The position numbers and the translations under genes are program-made. Of a stretch of 64,000 bases of DNA, positions 1 through 12,736 are shown in pieces. The DNA comes from Amoebophrya sp. A120 (taxonomy: Eukaryota > Protista > Dinoflagellata), in assembly GCA_905178155.1 (NCBI GenBank), contig CAJINV010000022.1, positions 124,001-188,000 of the forward strand. The letters are read 5' to 3'. Positions within the stretch are counted from its first letter, which is position 1. Each line of letters begins with the position of its first letter. The notes beneath the pieces are model-generated. The model worked only from the letters and a program-made list of their open reading frames with translations. It was not told the origin of the DNA and searched no databases.

Positions 1-2872
1 GCTGGTCCGCAACTCGCCGCTCTTCAAGTACATCGCGTACGATTCTGCTTTGGACGACAACGTGATGAACCAGCACAACCAGACGGAGTTCCGCAACGCG
101 AGCGCGTTCAACAAATTGGAAACCGTGGAGGACAAGGCGTTTCACAACCAGCCGAAGGTGGTGGTGGAAGTGGAGGAGGGCGGGGAGGAAAACGAGGAGC
201 AGGGTGGGACGATCGGCGGGAGGTTGGTCATGCGGAAGAAGAATGAGCAGAAGATGAAGAAGCGGAAGCTTGTCACGCGGAAGGAGTGGGATTTGGTGGT
301 ATGATGGATTTGTCGTAGAAGTTTACGGCTTTGTCGTCCTGATAGTGATGCAACATGCATCCAATGGGATTGGATTCATGCATAATTTGTTGCAGCAATT
401 GATGTTCATCGTTAAGATGTTGATGATGCTATGTGAAACTTTTTCTTCTACGTCGTCATCGGCAAACAAAACATGCCTTCTAAACTCCACCAGGTACTCG
501 ACGAGGGGCACGTGCTGAAGAACCCGCGCACCGCCAAACACTCCGCCGTCGCCTCCATCAAGGCAAAACAGAGAATAATGTGCTCTGGCACCCCTCTGCA
601 GAACAAACTCACCGAACTGCATTCGCTCTTGTCTCTCGTGACCGAGGGCGCCGTGGTCGGCAGCCAAGCTGATTTTAATCGGCGCTTCCGTAAGCCGATG
701 GAGAAGGGCTCGCTAGCGGACTCGACGGAGGAAGAGATCGAGGCGAAAACCAAGGCGGCCAAGCGGTTCAAGGAGGAGTTTTATGGCGTAGTCAAATGTT
801 ACATTCTCAACTGGTACTTACATGATTTGTCATGCAAAAACACTATCACTCTTAACGCTATCAAGCCTTCTCCGCATGACAACTTCTCGACGCGCTAGAT
901 AGCATTATAATAAATATGCTCCAAACCTGTAATGCAAAAGGCGCAACGTTTTCCCTTTCACTTTTGCCATTCTTGCATTACAAATTTTATGTAACAGTTG
1001 AGAATGTCACGTTTGAGAGAGCCATAAGTTTCTGAAGTCGTTTGTGATGCGGCGCAAGAAGGACAGCATCGAGAAGGACATTCCAACGGGGTTTGTCAAG
1101 CGCGAGTTGGAGTACAAGGCCGGCAAGGACCTGCTGGAGGGACACTTGTCGCAAGAGGATCCACAACTTCATGGAGGTGGTGCCGGTGGAAAGCTGAATG
1201 CTGATGCAACCTCTGGCGCTTCTGCTTCCGCGACCTCCTCTTCCTCTGCCGCGGTGAATTCAGTTGTCAAGATGAAAGTGGAAGTTCCGTCCTTGGATGC
1301 GAAAAAGACCGAGGTAGTTCTTTTGCTTGAAGGTTTTGGTATATTCCGAGCAACATTTTGATGATGGGACGATGCCATGCATGATGCAGCTAGTACTTCT
1401 ACTGCGTGACGTCCTTGATGTATGTCTGGTGTGTGGTTGCAATGAAAAACAAGATGTTTTACTCATAGTTTTTTACTCATCACAACTTGTCGAGATCCTC
1501 GTGTGGTGCCCGGTGGTCAAGGACTCCATTCAGGAGAAGATGTACAAAAAAGCTCTCAATACCCGGGATATGCGGCGGCTGTTGCGGGAATTGCAACAAC
1601 AGGGGGAGTTTGGGGAGAACTGGAAGAACGGAAACGCATTGGCGCAGATTGCTAAGCTGAAGCTGCTCTCCAACCACGCAGTGCTGGGACTGAGGAAGCG
1701 CGACCAGGTGCAACTTAGATAGGACTTTTCTTCTTACAGGCTGGCGCGGTCGCCTTCCTGTTATTTGTCGCACAGTCAGCAGTAGACGCTGGGTGAGGAT
1801 GTTTTGCGGAGTTGCAAAGTAAAATGCCGTTACTTGCCAAAACACTTACTCAGAAATGGAACACGGAACTGGGCCCGGATGACGAACTCGACGAGGATAA
1901 GCTGGATCAATCCCCAGAGGGCATTGTCGAGTCCAGCAGCAAGTTTCAGGTGATTCTCCATCTGGTCCAACAGTGGCGGAAAAACCGCGAGAAGTTCGTT
2001 ATCTTCTCGAGCTCAACACAGATGTTAAACTTGCTGGAATACGCCATTTTCGAGCCCCGGAACTACAACGTCCTGCGCCTCGACGGCAGTACAACATCGC
2101 GGGAACGGAAGGACGCGATCCGGAGTTTCCAGGACGAGAAGACGAATCGGTTGATCAACGGAATGCTGCTGTCTACGCGCGCGATGGGTCAGGGGGTGAC
2201 CCTTACTGCTGCCTCGAAGTGTATTATCGTCGACCCGGACTGGAACCCGACGGCGGATGAACAGGCGATGGATCGCATTCACAGAATCGGACAAGACCAG
2301 GACGTCGAAGTCTTCCGGTTGTTCACCAAGAGTTTCATCGAGGAGCACATGTGGTGTTTGCAAACCATGAAACGGATCATCACCAAGTCCGCCTTCGAAA
2401 GTGAGGAACAAAAAAGGTATATTTGTGGTGCCTTGCTGGGAGAAAGAGAATTGTAATGAGGTTAGATGCAGCCGGTTCATCTGGGTAATCAGAATGTCAG
2501 GCTCCTCTTGTCATGCGTGATAGAAAACCGTTACCGTAAAAATTGAAAAACGCTATCAGGTTAATCGCCCAGGCGGATCTGAAGAAGTGCTTCACACTCG
2601 GCCGGGAACCAGCCGCCCACACCTACTGCGAACTGCTGGCGAAAGACGACGGAGTCGCGAAGTCGTTCGCAACGGCGAAAAAATCCGACGAGACCAGCCT
2701 GCTGAAGAAGTGTCTGCTCAGCAACGGGAACACGGTGCTGGACGTGATCAAAAATTCTCCGGACGACGTGGACTTTGGCGACTTGGAAGAGGACGGCAGT
2801 GACGAAGAGGAGAGTGAGGACGAGGACAGCTTTTTGCAGCAGGGGGCGAAGAAAAGGAGGATCGGGATGTAG
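1..2872 (+). CDS. SNF2-family helicase-like ATPase (Rad54/ERCC6-like), 5'-truncated, 6 exons in window
   Basis: Spliced motifs WDLVV|LDEGHVLKN, SGTPLQNKLTEL, LRLDGST, LLSTRAMGQGVTLTAA, DPDWNPTADEQAMDRIHRIGQ. Introns 299-493, 782-1031, 1314-1494, 1708-1853 and 2417-2559 all keep frame; stop at 2872. Confidence 0.9.
299..493 (+). other. GT-AG intron with residual direct repeat
   Basis: GTATGA...CCAG; removal joins WDLV-VLDEGH; GGTA repeated at both junctions. Confidence 0.85.
782..1026. mobile_element. Introner family H
   Basis: TSD AGTTT/AGTTT; ~32-bp TIR TATGGCGTAGTCAAATGTTACATTCTCAACTG; removal gives EEFLKSFVMRR; no GT-AG register. Confidence 0.9.
1314..1494 (+). other. GT-AG intron
   Basis: GAG|GTAG...CGAG|ATC joins KKTE-ILVWCP in frame. 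Confidence 0.8.
1708..1853 (+). other. GT-AG intron
   Basis: CAG|GTGC...TCAG|AAA joins RDQ-KWN in frame. Confidence 0.75.
2417..2559 (+). other. GT-AG intron carrying the introner motif
   Basis: AG|GTAT...TCAG|G joins QKR-LIAQ; contains TTGTCATGC at ~2508. Confidence 0.8.
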
Positions 2873-5490
2873 AGGCATAGACGAGCTGTACGTTGTTTCC
2901 GGAAAGGCTAGAGTGGTTGCGACTTAAACTACACAAAAAATTCGCGAAGTGCAGTGCACCTCGACCTCCCTCGTAGCAGATCTCTTATCGTTTCGCAACA
3001 TCAACATCCTGATGTCCCTGGAACTGAAATTAAGCGCTTAGCACGTTTATTGTAGCTTGTCCATCTGGGAGGTCTGAGAACTGTGCTTTGTTTATGTAAC
3101 TCAATCAATTCGATCACTCTGATCCGCTTTTCCACGACGGGCGACTCTGGTTTACCAGGCCATTTCGGTGTCATCAATGAATCTCGAAAGAACTTGATTT
3201 GTCAAAAAAAATTTTCATCGTGAAGGTCTCCTTGTAAAACTGCTTCCAGAAAAAAACGGTTCCCCAGCATCCAGACTTGTATTGTAGCAGTAGCAGAGCA
3301 AATTATTTACTTAGATTTACTGAAAGTATTGTAAAAGAAGCAGAGCTGCAAGTTAAAAAAGCTTTCGAGAACTACTCCATTCTGAACTACTTGATGACCT
3401 CTTCATGTAAGATTTTAGCTTTGATCTCTTTGTTATCCCACCCTGTCTCGCTTTCGAAACGATGAATGTACTAGAAACAAACCACAGAGAAAAACAGTCC
3501 CTTCCGGTGGCGCGAAATTCTCAACGTCGATTTCACTCTTACAGGCAATTAAATTTTCCGGGGTTCCTTTGTTCGCCAAAGACGAAGATGGTCGACGATC
3601 ATTGACATAGCATTTCCGTGCGAGGTCAAAAGCTGGCTGATGTTTAAATCTGTTCTTTTCCAGCGTCAGAGTTTGTCTTCAGAAATGAAAAGGCCGAGTG
3701 ATTCATAACAGTATTTTCCGGGAGGTCGTAAAAATACCCTGCCTCCTTGAGCGTGATGGATTTGCGTGTGCTCTATGATGCTGAGTAGATAAAAAAAAAA
3801 TATTGTGAGCGGATCACTGAGAAGTTGGAGCAGCTACATGTACGTGACGTTGCAGCACGGTGTAGTGGCGCTTTGAGATTGAGAAATGAATCATAAGCAT
3901 CAACGATTATTACACTAACGCATGGTAGCCAATTAATTTTACGTAGCTATAATGAATCTGGTTGTCAAGAAGAAGAACAAGATGGGGCCGGGCGTTCGCG
4001 ACTCCGTAGCGTTGTTGCTGGCAGCATGTCCTGGATTTTCTGCCGCCGGCGCGCGCACGGTGGGGGTCGGGCCCTGAGGGCGGGCGCCGCCCGGCGTTCG
4101 GCCTTTCGTTTTCGTTTGCTTGGTTCTTGTCCGTCGAGCTGCACTCCGCGGGCCTTGCTTGGTCCTACCCGTCGACGCGGCACACAGGCGAAGCTTCGGA
4201 GGAGCATGCGGCGGGCGGCCGGGTCCTAGATGGTGCAGCCAGCCTTGGAAGCGGGTGCGTTCGCAATGCTGGCCGACGCTTCAGCGCAGGTTCGGAAAAT
4301 TCACTGAATGCGCGACCCATAGACGCAATGCCCTTAAAAACTCTGCTGCGCAGGCGCCCTCCGTGCAGCCGTCTAGCACTTCGGGGAGCTTGGGAAAAAA
4401 GTGCGCCGGCACCTATCAGAACGCGCAGGGCGGAGGGGCTCCCTCAGGCTCGAGCCCCACCGCCCTCAACAACGTGTCGCATCTGCCGAGCTTTGTGAAG
4501 TATGGGGGGCCCTATGGGAACATGCAAAGCGGAAGGTCGTCCAGCTCGACCGCCTTCCAGAACCTGGCCAATTCGGCCGTGGGGCCTGCGTCCAGCTCCA
4601 GCAGGCTGGGGCGCGCTGTGGCAGCCAGTTCGGCGATCTGGATGGATCTTTGACAGCAGAACAAGGGCGCGCGCCGCTTCAATCACGCGCCCGCGTGGCG
4701 CCCCCCCCCCCTCCGGGCGAGAGAGTTGCGCGCCCCGCCGCGCGCATTGGCTTGGTTAGCTTTGACCTAGGGGGCCGGCCCTCGTTTCGGGTTGGCCGGC
4801 TCGCTGGTTTGGCAGAGGCAGCGCTGCCGCTGTCCGAAGGTGCTTGCAGCCACTGCCGCCCCCCTCTTGATTTGGTTCCCAGCCTGACGCCCGCTACCAT
4901 GGCCCCGGCCCGCGCGAGGCGTTTGGGCTCAGTCTGCGTGCCTGCCGCGCCCGCGGGGGCGGACGGGGGCAGTCGGACCGACGCGCCGTCTGGTGCAGCA
5001 ATGTATGTCGCAATGGGGGGCGTGGATCCTGCGATAGTACCGACCCGCAGCGCCGGCCGCACGCGGCAGTGCAACTGCGTACCCGTTTGGCGTAGGCAGG
5101 GCATGGCGACACTATCGCCAGGCGTGATTTGGGCCTTGTCCACTCTCGGCCGAGCCTGTCTGTTTGCAGTCCGATTTGAAAGTCTAGTGTCCCGCCGAGC
5201 CTGTCTGTTTGCAGTCCGATTGGGTCGCCGGACGGCGATTGCGATGTTCTTGCACGAGTAACGAAATCACGAGCACACGTCGTAATGAGTGCCTGAGGAC
5301 GAGGTTGTGTGGAGCGACGGCGACAACTCACTGTCCGACTTTGTATTCTCCCTGCGGTTCTTGCGAGTGCGACGTCGCCAGGCAATATCACGTATAAAGT
5401 GTTTCATTATAACGCAGTGGGTATTTCGTTTTCTACGCGCTCATCGTCATCCGGCGCAAGTCTGCTCTAAATTTTTGAAAGACACCAGAA

Positions 5491-8400
5491 ATGGTCGACC
5501 TTCTCACCGCCACCGGCGCGGTGGTGGGTTCCACCCTGCTGGGCGGCGCGGGGTCCCTGTGGGAATACAACCAGGGCATCTGGCAGTTCGACAAGGCGCA
5601 GCGGCAGAACCAGGTCCACCAGCTGCAGAACATGCGGTGCACGCAGGCCGGTATGTTCCGCGAAGACATCCGAGATCTCTTCGGTTTAACCATCGCGAAA
5701 ATGGACAGCTACTTGACCGTGAACACACTGCAATATGCCTTGCAAAAGTATCATCCTAGTAGAAACGCGCATGACGAATTTGCTCAGCATGACAAATGGA
5801 AACTGTCATGCAGATTTAGCTTGGAAAGGAGATTTGTCTTGCATGATTGCGATTCACACGAGTGCGATGCTTTTGCAATGGATATACAACTCGGGTTCGC
5901 GATCAACCTCTTCTACGACAACGAGTTGTTCAAAGTCGCCCCTTATGTATTGCAAAAATGTCTGGGTCTGGAAGAATGCAACTTGTGATGCTATTTTTGG
6001 AATCCAAAAAAGTCTGTATTGCATGAGCAGCAAGAGTTTTTTTGCTCCGCGGAGAGGGGATTTCTCATGCGGGATAGGCATCAAGATGCCCGCAAAGAAT
6101 TTGTGATGCTGGGGCATACATCACAGACGTCACGGGTCATGCAAAATGTGCATGACAAACCTTGCCATCTCTCAGACCCAGACATTTTTGCATTTCATAC
6201 CCCGACCTGGATTTTCGCCCTTTACGCCCTGTCCGTCGGAGCGTCGGTTTTGTTCTTCGTGCTCTCTATGTGGTACTCGGTTTACGCCTCGATTGCCGCC
6301 CAGTCCTGCACGGTCCGGTGCTTGACGCAAGCGCTCCGCGTTCCGATTCCCCGGGTGGAAGAGTACGCGCACGCGCGGGCGTATGCGACAGACTACGAAT
6401 CCGAGGTGGCGACGGCGTTTCGGCTGCCGTTTCTGCAGAAGCACCGGGCGGGGAGGAGGAAGCCGCTGTTGCATATCCAGGAAAAAACACCCATCCCCAT
6501 CCAATTTTTCGTGCAAAACATGCACCATAAAATCCACTACTTGCCATGCAAATAATGGATGGGGATGGGTGTTTTTTCCTGGATATTGCAGGTCTTCACA
6601 GATATGGTGTTTGGAGGGGGAAAAGATCAAGATGGTGAAAGTCAAAACGGAAGTAGTAAAGCTACGAATTCCACCCAGCAGCACGTCAAAACCGGAGACG
6701 GAACATCAAATGGTAAAAATGGAAAAAATAGTACCATGACAAGTAGATTTAAAAACCTCTTGTCGCCAAAATCTACCCGTTCTACTTCAAAACCACCGGC
6801 AGAGGGGGACCGGTTTGTCCTTCAGTCCCAACTCTCCATACCCCAACTGTGCGCTTCGGACGCGGGGTTCGCACGGGCGGTGGAAGTGGACAAAGAGATT
6901 CTGGGACAAGAGGAAAGTGAGGATGACGACGATAGAGATTCTGACGCCGACCTCCTCGAAGACTCGCCGGTGTCGTCCCCAAATGACCAAAATCGACGTC
7001 CCGATCATCTCACGAAAGACGAAGACGGCGGCCCGGCAAAGATCGCAGTGAGTGAAAGGCCGTTTCAACAGCAAGGGATGGTGAACAATAAAGCGACAAG
7101 ATTCGAGACCACCGAGGGTCATGACAACTCTTCAGATATTAACCACCAGAAGATGAAGACCAAATCTCTACAACTTCGCCGGAGCAACACGACCAAGCGA
7201 ATCCAGAATCGGAATAATAGTAATTTCCACTTTCACTACTTCGACGAGTTCCAAGACCGGTGGCGCGGCTTCGACACGTTAGCGCGAATCTTGATGGGGA
7301 TGGGAACGTATATCCAATGCAAAAGCAAGCATCGTACAACTCGTACTAATTGCAGTGCAGCATGACAGATCTAGCTTCTTAGCTAGTTTAGCATATACAA
7401 ATTGATTCACCTTTTCCTTCTGTGAAAATTGAAATTCGTATATGCTATTTCTACTAGTACTAGCTAGGTAGTACAATGCTTTTCCAATGCATAACGTATC
7501 ACTTACTACAATCAACCGTGTACTACGCGTTAGGTTGGGTGGTTTTCTACAAAAACGAGTATTTGGGCGGATTGATCTACATGGTGTTGCTTACCACGGT
7601 GCAATACTTGTTAACGAAGCTGGAACTGTATTTGAGAAAGTGGGAGGAAGTGAAAATGTTTCTGCTCATCGTCGTTCCACCGGCCTTGAGTTTCCTCATC
7701 GTCATTCTCGCCCACAACGACAATGCGGCGAACAGCACCAATAGTAACCGGGACAGCAAGGAAATTTCCGATGCGGAAAAGTATCTAACCCCGCTCGTGT
7801 TTCTCGCACATTTGATGTACTACAAGGAGCTACTGTGGCTGTCTCCCGCGTTCGGATCGCCCTCGACGAACAATTTTATCAACTGCAAATAAAGTATCGT
7901 ACGTAGTAGTAATTGCAATACAAATTATCTCAGCGTGACAAATGGAATTTGTCATGCTGTTTTGCCTTGGGATGGGGATTTGTAATGCATAACTGCAATT
8001 AGTACGAGTGCGATACTTTTTGCACAGGATAAATTTCCGCGCGACGCAATTCACGGAATTTCTGACCAGCTCGGCGTCGACGTTAGTGAAGGAAAAACAG
8101 ACCACTTTGGATTTGTTTGATAAAAGCGAGGAGATGCTGTTACACGAGATTGTTGAGGAAGATCCGGACGAGATGACGGCTTCTAAACAAGGTGGACGCA
8201 GCAAGAGCCCGCTCACAATGGGCGGGCTGGGAAGCCGCGGTCATTCTGGGTCCTCTGAGGTGCTCGGTGACGGAACAATTGCGGGTGGGAATACAAGTGG
8301 TATTGGCAGTAGTTCTAGAAACTTTGTTGACCAGCAGGCTGTGGGCCTCCACGGTGAAAACAGTAGAGCAAAGGGAGTTACCTTCCAGGAGGAGTCCTCC

Positions 8401-11400
8401 GGGACAAAAGGTCCCGCAGGGCGAGCTGCATCTGCCACTGCTTCATCCGGAAGATCTTCTGTCACTGCAAGAAGTTCCACAGAGCTCTTTCCCGGGCAAG
8501 AGGAACTCGAGCTGCGACTCGCATCCCTGCTCCAACTCTTCAATAGCGAATATGTGACGGCGCAGCTCGACGAAATTCGCTTGTCAGTCGTGGAGCAAGT
8601 GACCGACTCGTTCGCGAAGGCGCAGCAACTCTTGAACACAGTGGAACGGTTGAGGGAAAGCCGGAAGAAAAATAAAGCCGTAGTTGCAACTTTATTTACT
8701 ACAACAGCCGGGATCTTCGGGAACAAGAACAACACTTCTAAAGCCAAAAAGCTAAAAATCGAGAAGAACCGGGCCTACGTCGAGCTTTTCTACTACTCCG
8801 ACCGGGGAATCCCCTTGCCGTACTACGTGAATATCCCGTGCAAAAGTATCGTACTCGTACTAATCGCATTCATGCATTACAAATGTCTTTCTCAAGTTCA
8901 ATACGCATATACAAATTTTATTTCTCATGCTGAGGCAATTTGTATTGCGATTTATACAAGTGCGATACTTTTGCACCGCATAGTGAATCCAGTGTTACAA
9001 CAAACCACCTGGGACAAACCCTTGGACTACAAGCCACCCAATTTGTTCACTTTGCAGCGCGCCGGGAATTTCTTTGCCAAGGCGGTCAGGAACGGGATGG
9101 AAAAGGAGGAGGTTATTTTGAGTACAACTACTCATGTCCGTGATCAAGATCATGCGGGGGACCCCCACGACGACGGCATCAATAGCGCTGAAGCTGGACC
9201 ACACCATAGCGAAGCCGAAGAGGGCGGCACCGGAGCAGGAGGTAGTGCGGTATCCTGTGCAAAAGTATCGTACTCGTATTGCAATCATGCACTACAAATC
9301 TTGTTCTTAAGGTAAATTAGCATTTACAAATTTTATTTCTCATGCTGAGGAAATTTGTAATGCATTTATACGAGTGCGTACTTTTGCAATGCATATGCGG
9401 AATACAGGAACAACAACACTGCCGGCGGTACTACAAACGTGGCTGGTACAAGTACAACCACGAGAGAAGATTTGCTAGACGATGTGAACACGACTGAGCG
9501 GAATGTAGTACTCGCTGCAGACGCTGTGAACATCCAAATCACGACCGCTCAAGAAGAACATCGGACGACTTCTTCCACCGTTAAAAATCAGGGCGAAAAA
9601 ACGTTGACGAAAGCCAAATCCCGATCCATCGTGCGATTCGGCAGCTCTGTTTTCGACGGGACAAACCACTACCTTCACGACGACATGTATGGAACTGCCA
9701 GAATCGAAATCGTCAAAATCGAAATGATTTGTGATGCATAAAATCGATACGAGTTGGAGCCTCAGTTTCCAAGTGGCGCATGACAAATTTCGGGAGCACC
9801 AAAATCCACTCTGTCGCGCTGTTTGGGCAAAGAAGACTGCTCCTGTCATGCTACTCTGGCAGCACATCGTCTTCCCCGAAGCAGGCTTAGAATCGGTCTC
9901 ATTTGCCTGCGCCCCAGCACAGACCTTGCGCGCCCTACATTTTATGCATATGCAAGTTTTTCGATTTTGTCGATTTCGATCCTGACACTCCCATAACATG
10001 TACGACGGTGCGAGCGCGGACGCCTATTTGTATAGCAACACTTCCCAAGCAGCTTTTACGATCGAGGGTCGGCACACGATGAGTGATAGTTTTGACTACA
10101 ACGCGGAGGGTGAAGATAATGGTCCTCATGATCATGATGCAAGAGCTGCAAAAATCATGTCGCCGAACAAACTGATCAAGCACCATATGGCAGTGCACAA
10201 CTCCCCTTCCCCCTCATTTGAATAGCATGAACGGCAATACAAGCATCAGCAAGACTGCCGGATTTGCATCGCAAATTTGCACTGGAGTGTAGTTCTGTTT
10301 GGGCTCCTACCAGAATTTGTCATGCATAATATTGACAGGAGGGAAAGCGTGGATTTGGTATTCTGCATGAGAAATGAGAACGAAGGGGTGTTGTGCACTG
10401 TCATACACCATCTAACCGAGATAGAAGACACGATCCGCACCGTGACGCAGGAAGACGATCCTGAGATGAACGACTCAATTCTGAAGGGAAAACCAAACAA
10501 CACAAGCACAACTGGAGGCAGCAGATCCGTACAACAAAATCGACGCAAACTGGCACAGCAACCCAGTTACATCGTCCGGACTTCTTCTGGCGCGAAGGTT
10601 TCCCATACACCACCACTGCCGCGGACCGCGACGGCGACGAGCTTGCCGAACGCAGTGCCGGAAACGTTCGGGCGGTATTTACCGAAGGTGGTCACGACGC
10701 AACAGAACAAATTCGACCAGGACTTGCCAACAAGAATTTTCCGGATTGGCACCGGAAGTGTTTTCTTTCTCTCTTTCGTCTGCTTCGTGTGGAGTATCCT
10801 CGTGTTGTTCGATTTCTTGAAGGTGGGAGGCAGTGTATCCCGTGGAAATACTGTTTGTTCACTGTGATGGTTTTCTTGCAAGTTTTGCATCACAAGTCTG
10901 TTCTACTTCCTACATCACAGGAATAGACCAAGTTTGCCATGCGAGATTCCTAAGGTGAAACACGCCTACAAATGCATTATCGTGCATGTGTAGCAAGACA
11001 AACACTTTTGCGATGCACTTTATGCACTACAAGTTCTCAGTGAAGCAGTTTTTTCTCGTGATGCAGCGGGAAGCCGACACTGATCCACAACGGCACGACG
11101 CACCAGAGGGATATGTCGTCGGCGAGTCGGTATGCACTGCAAATTGTATTACAAAGCATTGCAAATGAAATTTGTAATGCTGTTTTACGTGAGGAAGGAT
11201 ATTTGTCTTGCATAACAGCAATTACTACGAGTGCGATACTTTTGCAGTGGATAGTCGGGTAATTCGACGTCGGGTCAGGAGGTTGGAGGGGGAGGATGTG
11301 GATTGGGGAATGGAGAGTGGTGATGTCGATGTAGCAGAAGAAATTGCATCACGAACTACAACTGCCGCTGGAAGCAATTCGAATTATGAAAGAGGGCATT

Positions 11401-11954
11401 TCTCTGACTCTGGGAGAAGCGGGAACAAGCTTAGGTTCAAGATTGAGCACCTCGCGGCGCAATTTTGCGACCACCGGAGAAGTATGCTAAGCGCGACAGA
11501 AACATCAGGTGGTTCGGAGACAATGCAGGTTGAACACCAGCAGTTCCAGCAGGCCAACGAAAAGCATCCCCCGACTTCGAAGAAGAGAACAAGTGAGCAA
11601 CTAGTAGTCGTACCACCACGACAAACTCAAATGTGCACAGCAAAGCAAATTCGGAAATACACGCGGCATCTACAGGAGGAGGCTGAGGTGGTGGAGGATG
11701 GGTTTCTGGATTTGCAGGAAATTCAGCGCTATTTGGAAACTAGAAAGGAATCTTTATCGCACGATCATCTATTTGAAGAATCGGCCACAGATGCTGGTTC
11801 TCGAGAAAAAATCGATCTACGAAGAGAGCTTCAGGATATAATACTTCTTGCCGCGAAGCACAAGGAGGTCCAAGAACCAGCCGATAACTCATCCAGTGAA
11901 ATGAATTTAGGGCGTCCACTTACGGCCGACGAAAAAGAACGATCTCGACATTGA
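5491..11954 (+). CDS. Large multipass membrane protein with WW-like motif; 3' exon structure after ~10835 uncertain
   Basis: Nine introner removals chain the ORFs 5491-10835 into one frame. Hydrophobic segments at ~5890, 6210-6300, 7510-7710 and 10760-10820; YYVNPVLQQTTWDKP after splicing. The join to ORF 11208-11954 is not resolved. Confidence 0.7.
5734..5884. mobile_element. Introner family A (in-frame, stop-free)
   Basis: TSD TGCAA/TACAA; TIR TATGCCTTGCAAAAGTATC; 156-nt removal gives NTLQLGFAI. Confidence 0.85.
5944..6199. mobile_element. Introner family B
   Basis: TSD CCCCT/CCCCG; TIR TATGTATTGCAAAAATGTCTGGGTCTG; frame restored. Confidence 0.9.
6474..6585. mobile_element. Introner family C
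   Basis: TSD TTGCA/TTGCA; perfect 30-bp TIR TATCCAGGAAAAAACACCCATCCCCATCCA. Confidence 0.95.
7311..7493. mobile_element. Introner, family A-like (degenerate)
   Basis: TSD ACGTA/ACGTA; TATCCAATGCAAAAGCA...TGCTTTTCCAATGCATA; gives GTYHLLQS. Confidence 0.85.
7877..8031. mobile_element. Introner family A (reverse orientation)
   Basis: TSD AATTT/AATTT; ends GATACTTTTTGCACAGGATA; frame restored. Confidence 0.9.
8832..8982. mobile_element. Introner family A (in-frame, stop-free, splits WW-like motif)
   Basis: TSD GTGAA/GTGAA; TIR TATCCCGTGCAAAAGTATCG. Confidence 0.9.
9251..9395. mobile_element. Introner family A
   Basis: TSD TGCGG/TGCGG; TATCCTGTGCAAAAG...CTTTTGCAATGCATA. Confidence 0.9.
9688..9995. 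mobile_element. Introner family D
   Basis: TSD ACATG/ACATG; TIR TATGGAACTGCCAGAATCGAAATCGTCAAAATCGAAA. Confidence 0.9.
10186..10405. mobile_element. Introner family E
   Basis: TSD CACCA/CACCA; TIR TATGGCAGTGCACAACTCCCCTTC. Confidence 0.9.
10836..11040. mobile_element. Probable degenerate introner, 3' end unclear
   Basis: Begins TATCCCGTGGAAA where the ORF turns non-coding; contains GCATCACAA; no convincing second TSD next to an ATA end. Confidence 0.4.
11131..11253. mobile_element. Introner family A (short)
   Basis: TSD GTCGG/GTCGG; TATGCACTGCAAA...TTTGCAGTGGATA. Confidence 0.85.
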
Positions 11955-12736
11955 ACAAACTTAGCTTGATGGTAAAACAGCTCCGCCTCCGTCAGTTCTA
12001 GGTGCCAGACGAACTATGTTGATCTGGCCACACGGCAGAGCCAGAGGTGTTTTTACTTTGCGTTCTCTTAAATGTCTTGACGATCAAATGAGGAACAGAA
12101 GAAAACGAACTAGTTGCGTTCTAGGATGAAGATTTGGATTCGATCGTGTCTAAAGTTCCAGATAAAAATCGTTGTCAAGCGAGATCAGCTTCAGCCATCG
12201 TCTGCTCCCTTCATTTTTGGTGGTGGAACTACAACAACAAAAACAAATTGAAATGTGATTTTGAAGGACAGATGAACAATGCTAAAGGTCCTCGCCCTTT
12301 GTCGCAGCAGGAGATCTGATCTAGTTCTTACAATGACAAGACTGAAGAAAGATCCGCCCTGTTGAAGGTCTCTCTCGACGGGGGGCCAGGAGATCTTTTG
12401 CGCAATCAGTCGTCTATCTTGCCCCGCGACGTTCACTTCTGAAGGAGTGTTTCATATGATTATGAGGAAACTCAAGCTACAACGACTCTAGTTTACCCTT
12501 ACGAAAACAATTCGCGGCAATTGAAGATGCACCCTCGCAGGCTTAAACTCGTATACTTAGCGGAAAGTTACCAATGACAACTTTTTCGGCGACGACATTT
12601 GAAAACTACGAGCAGAAAAAGTGAATTGTGAGATAAGCTTCATCTCCTTGTCTATCACTGCATCACACGACACGCTACTTCTACTCATCTCCATCCCACT
12701 TTAGTAGAGTTACATCCCTCGACCGCCGGAACAAAA

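Noticed and set aside
3948-5411. TATAATGAA...TTCATTATA as the TIR of a 1.46-kb element
   Set aside because: Only 9 bp match and the flanks (GTAGC/ACGCA) are not a clean TSD; compatible with chance.
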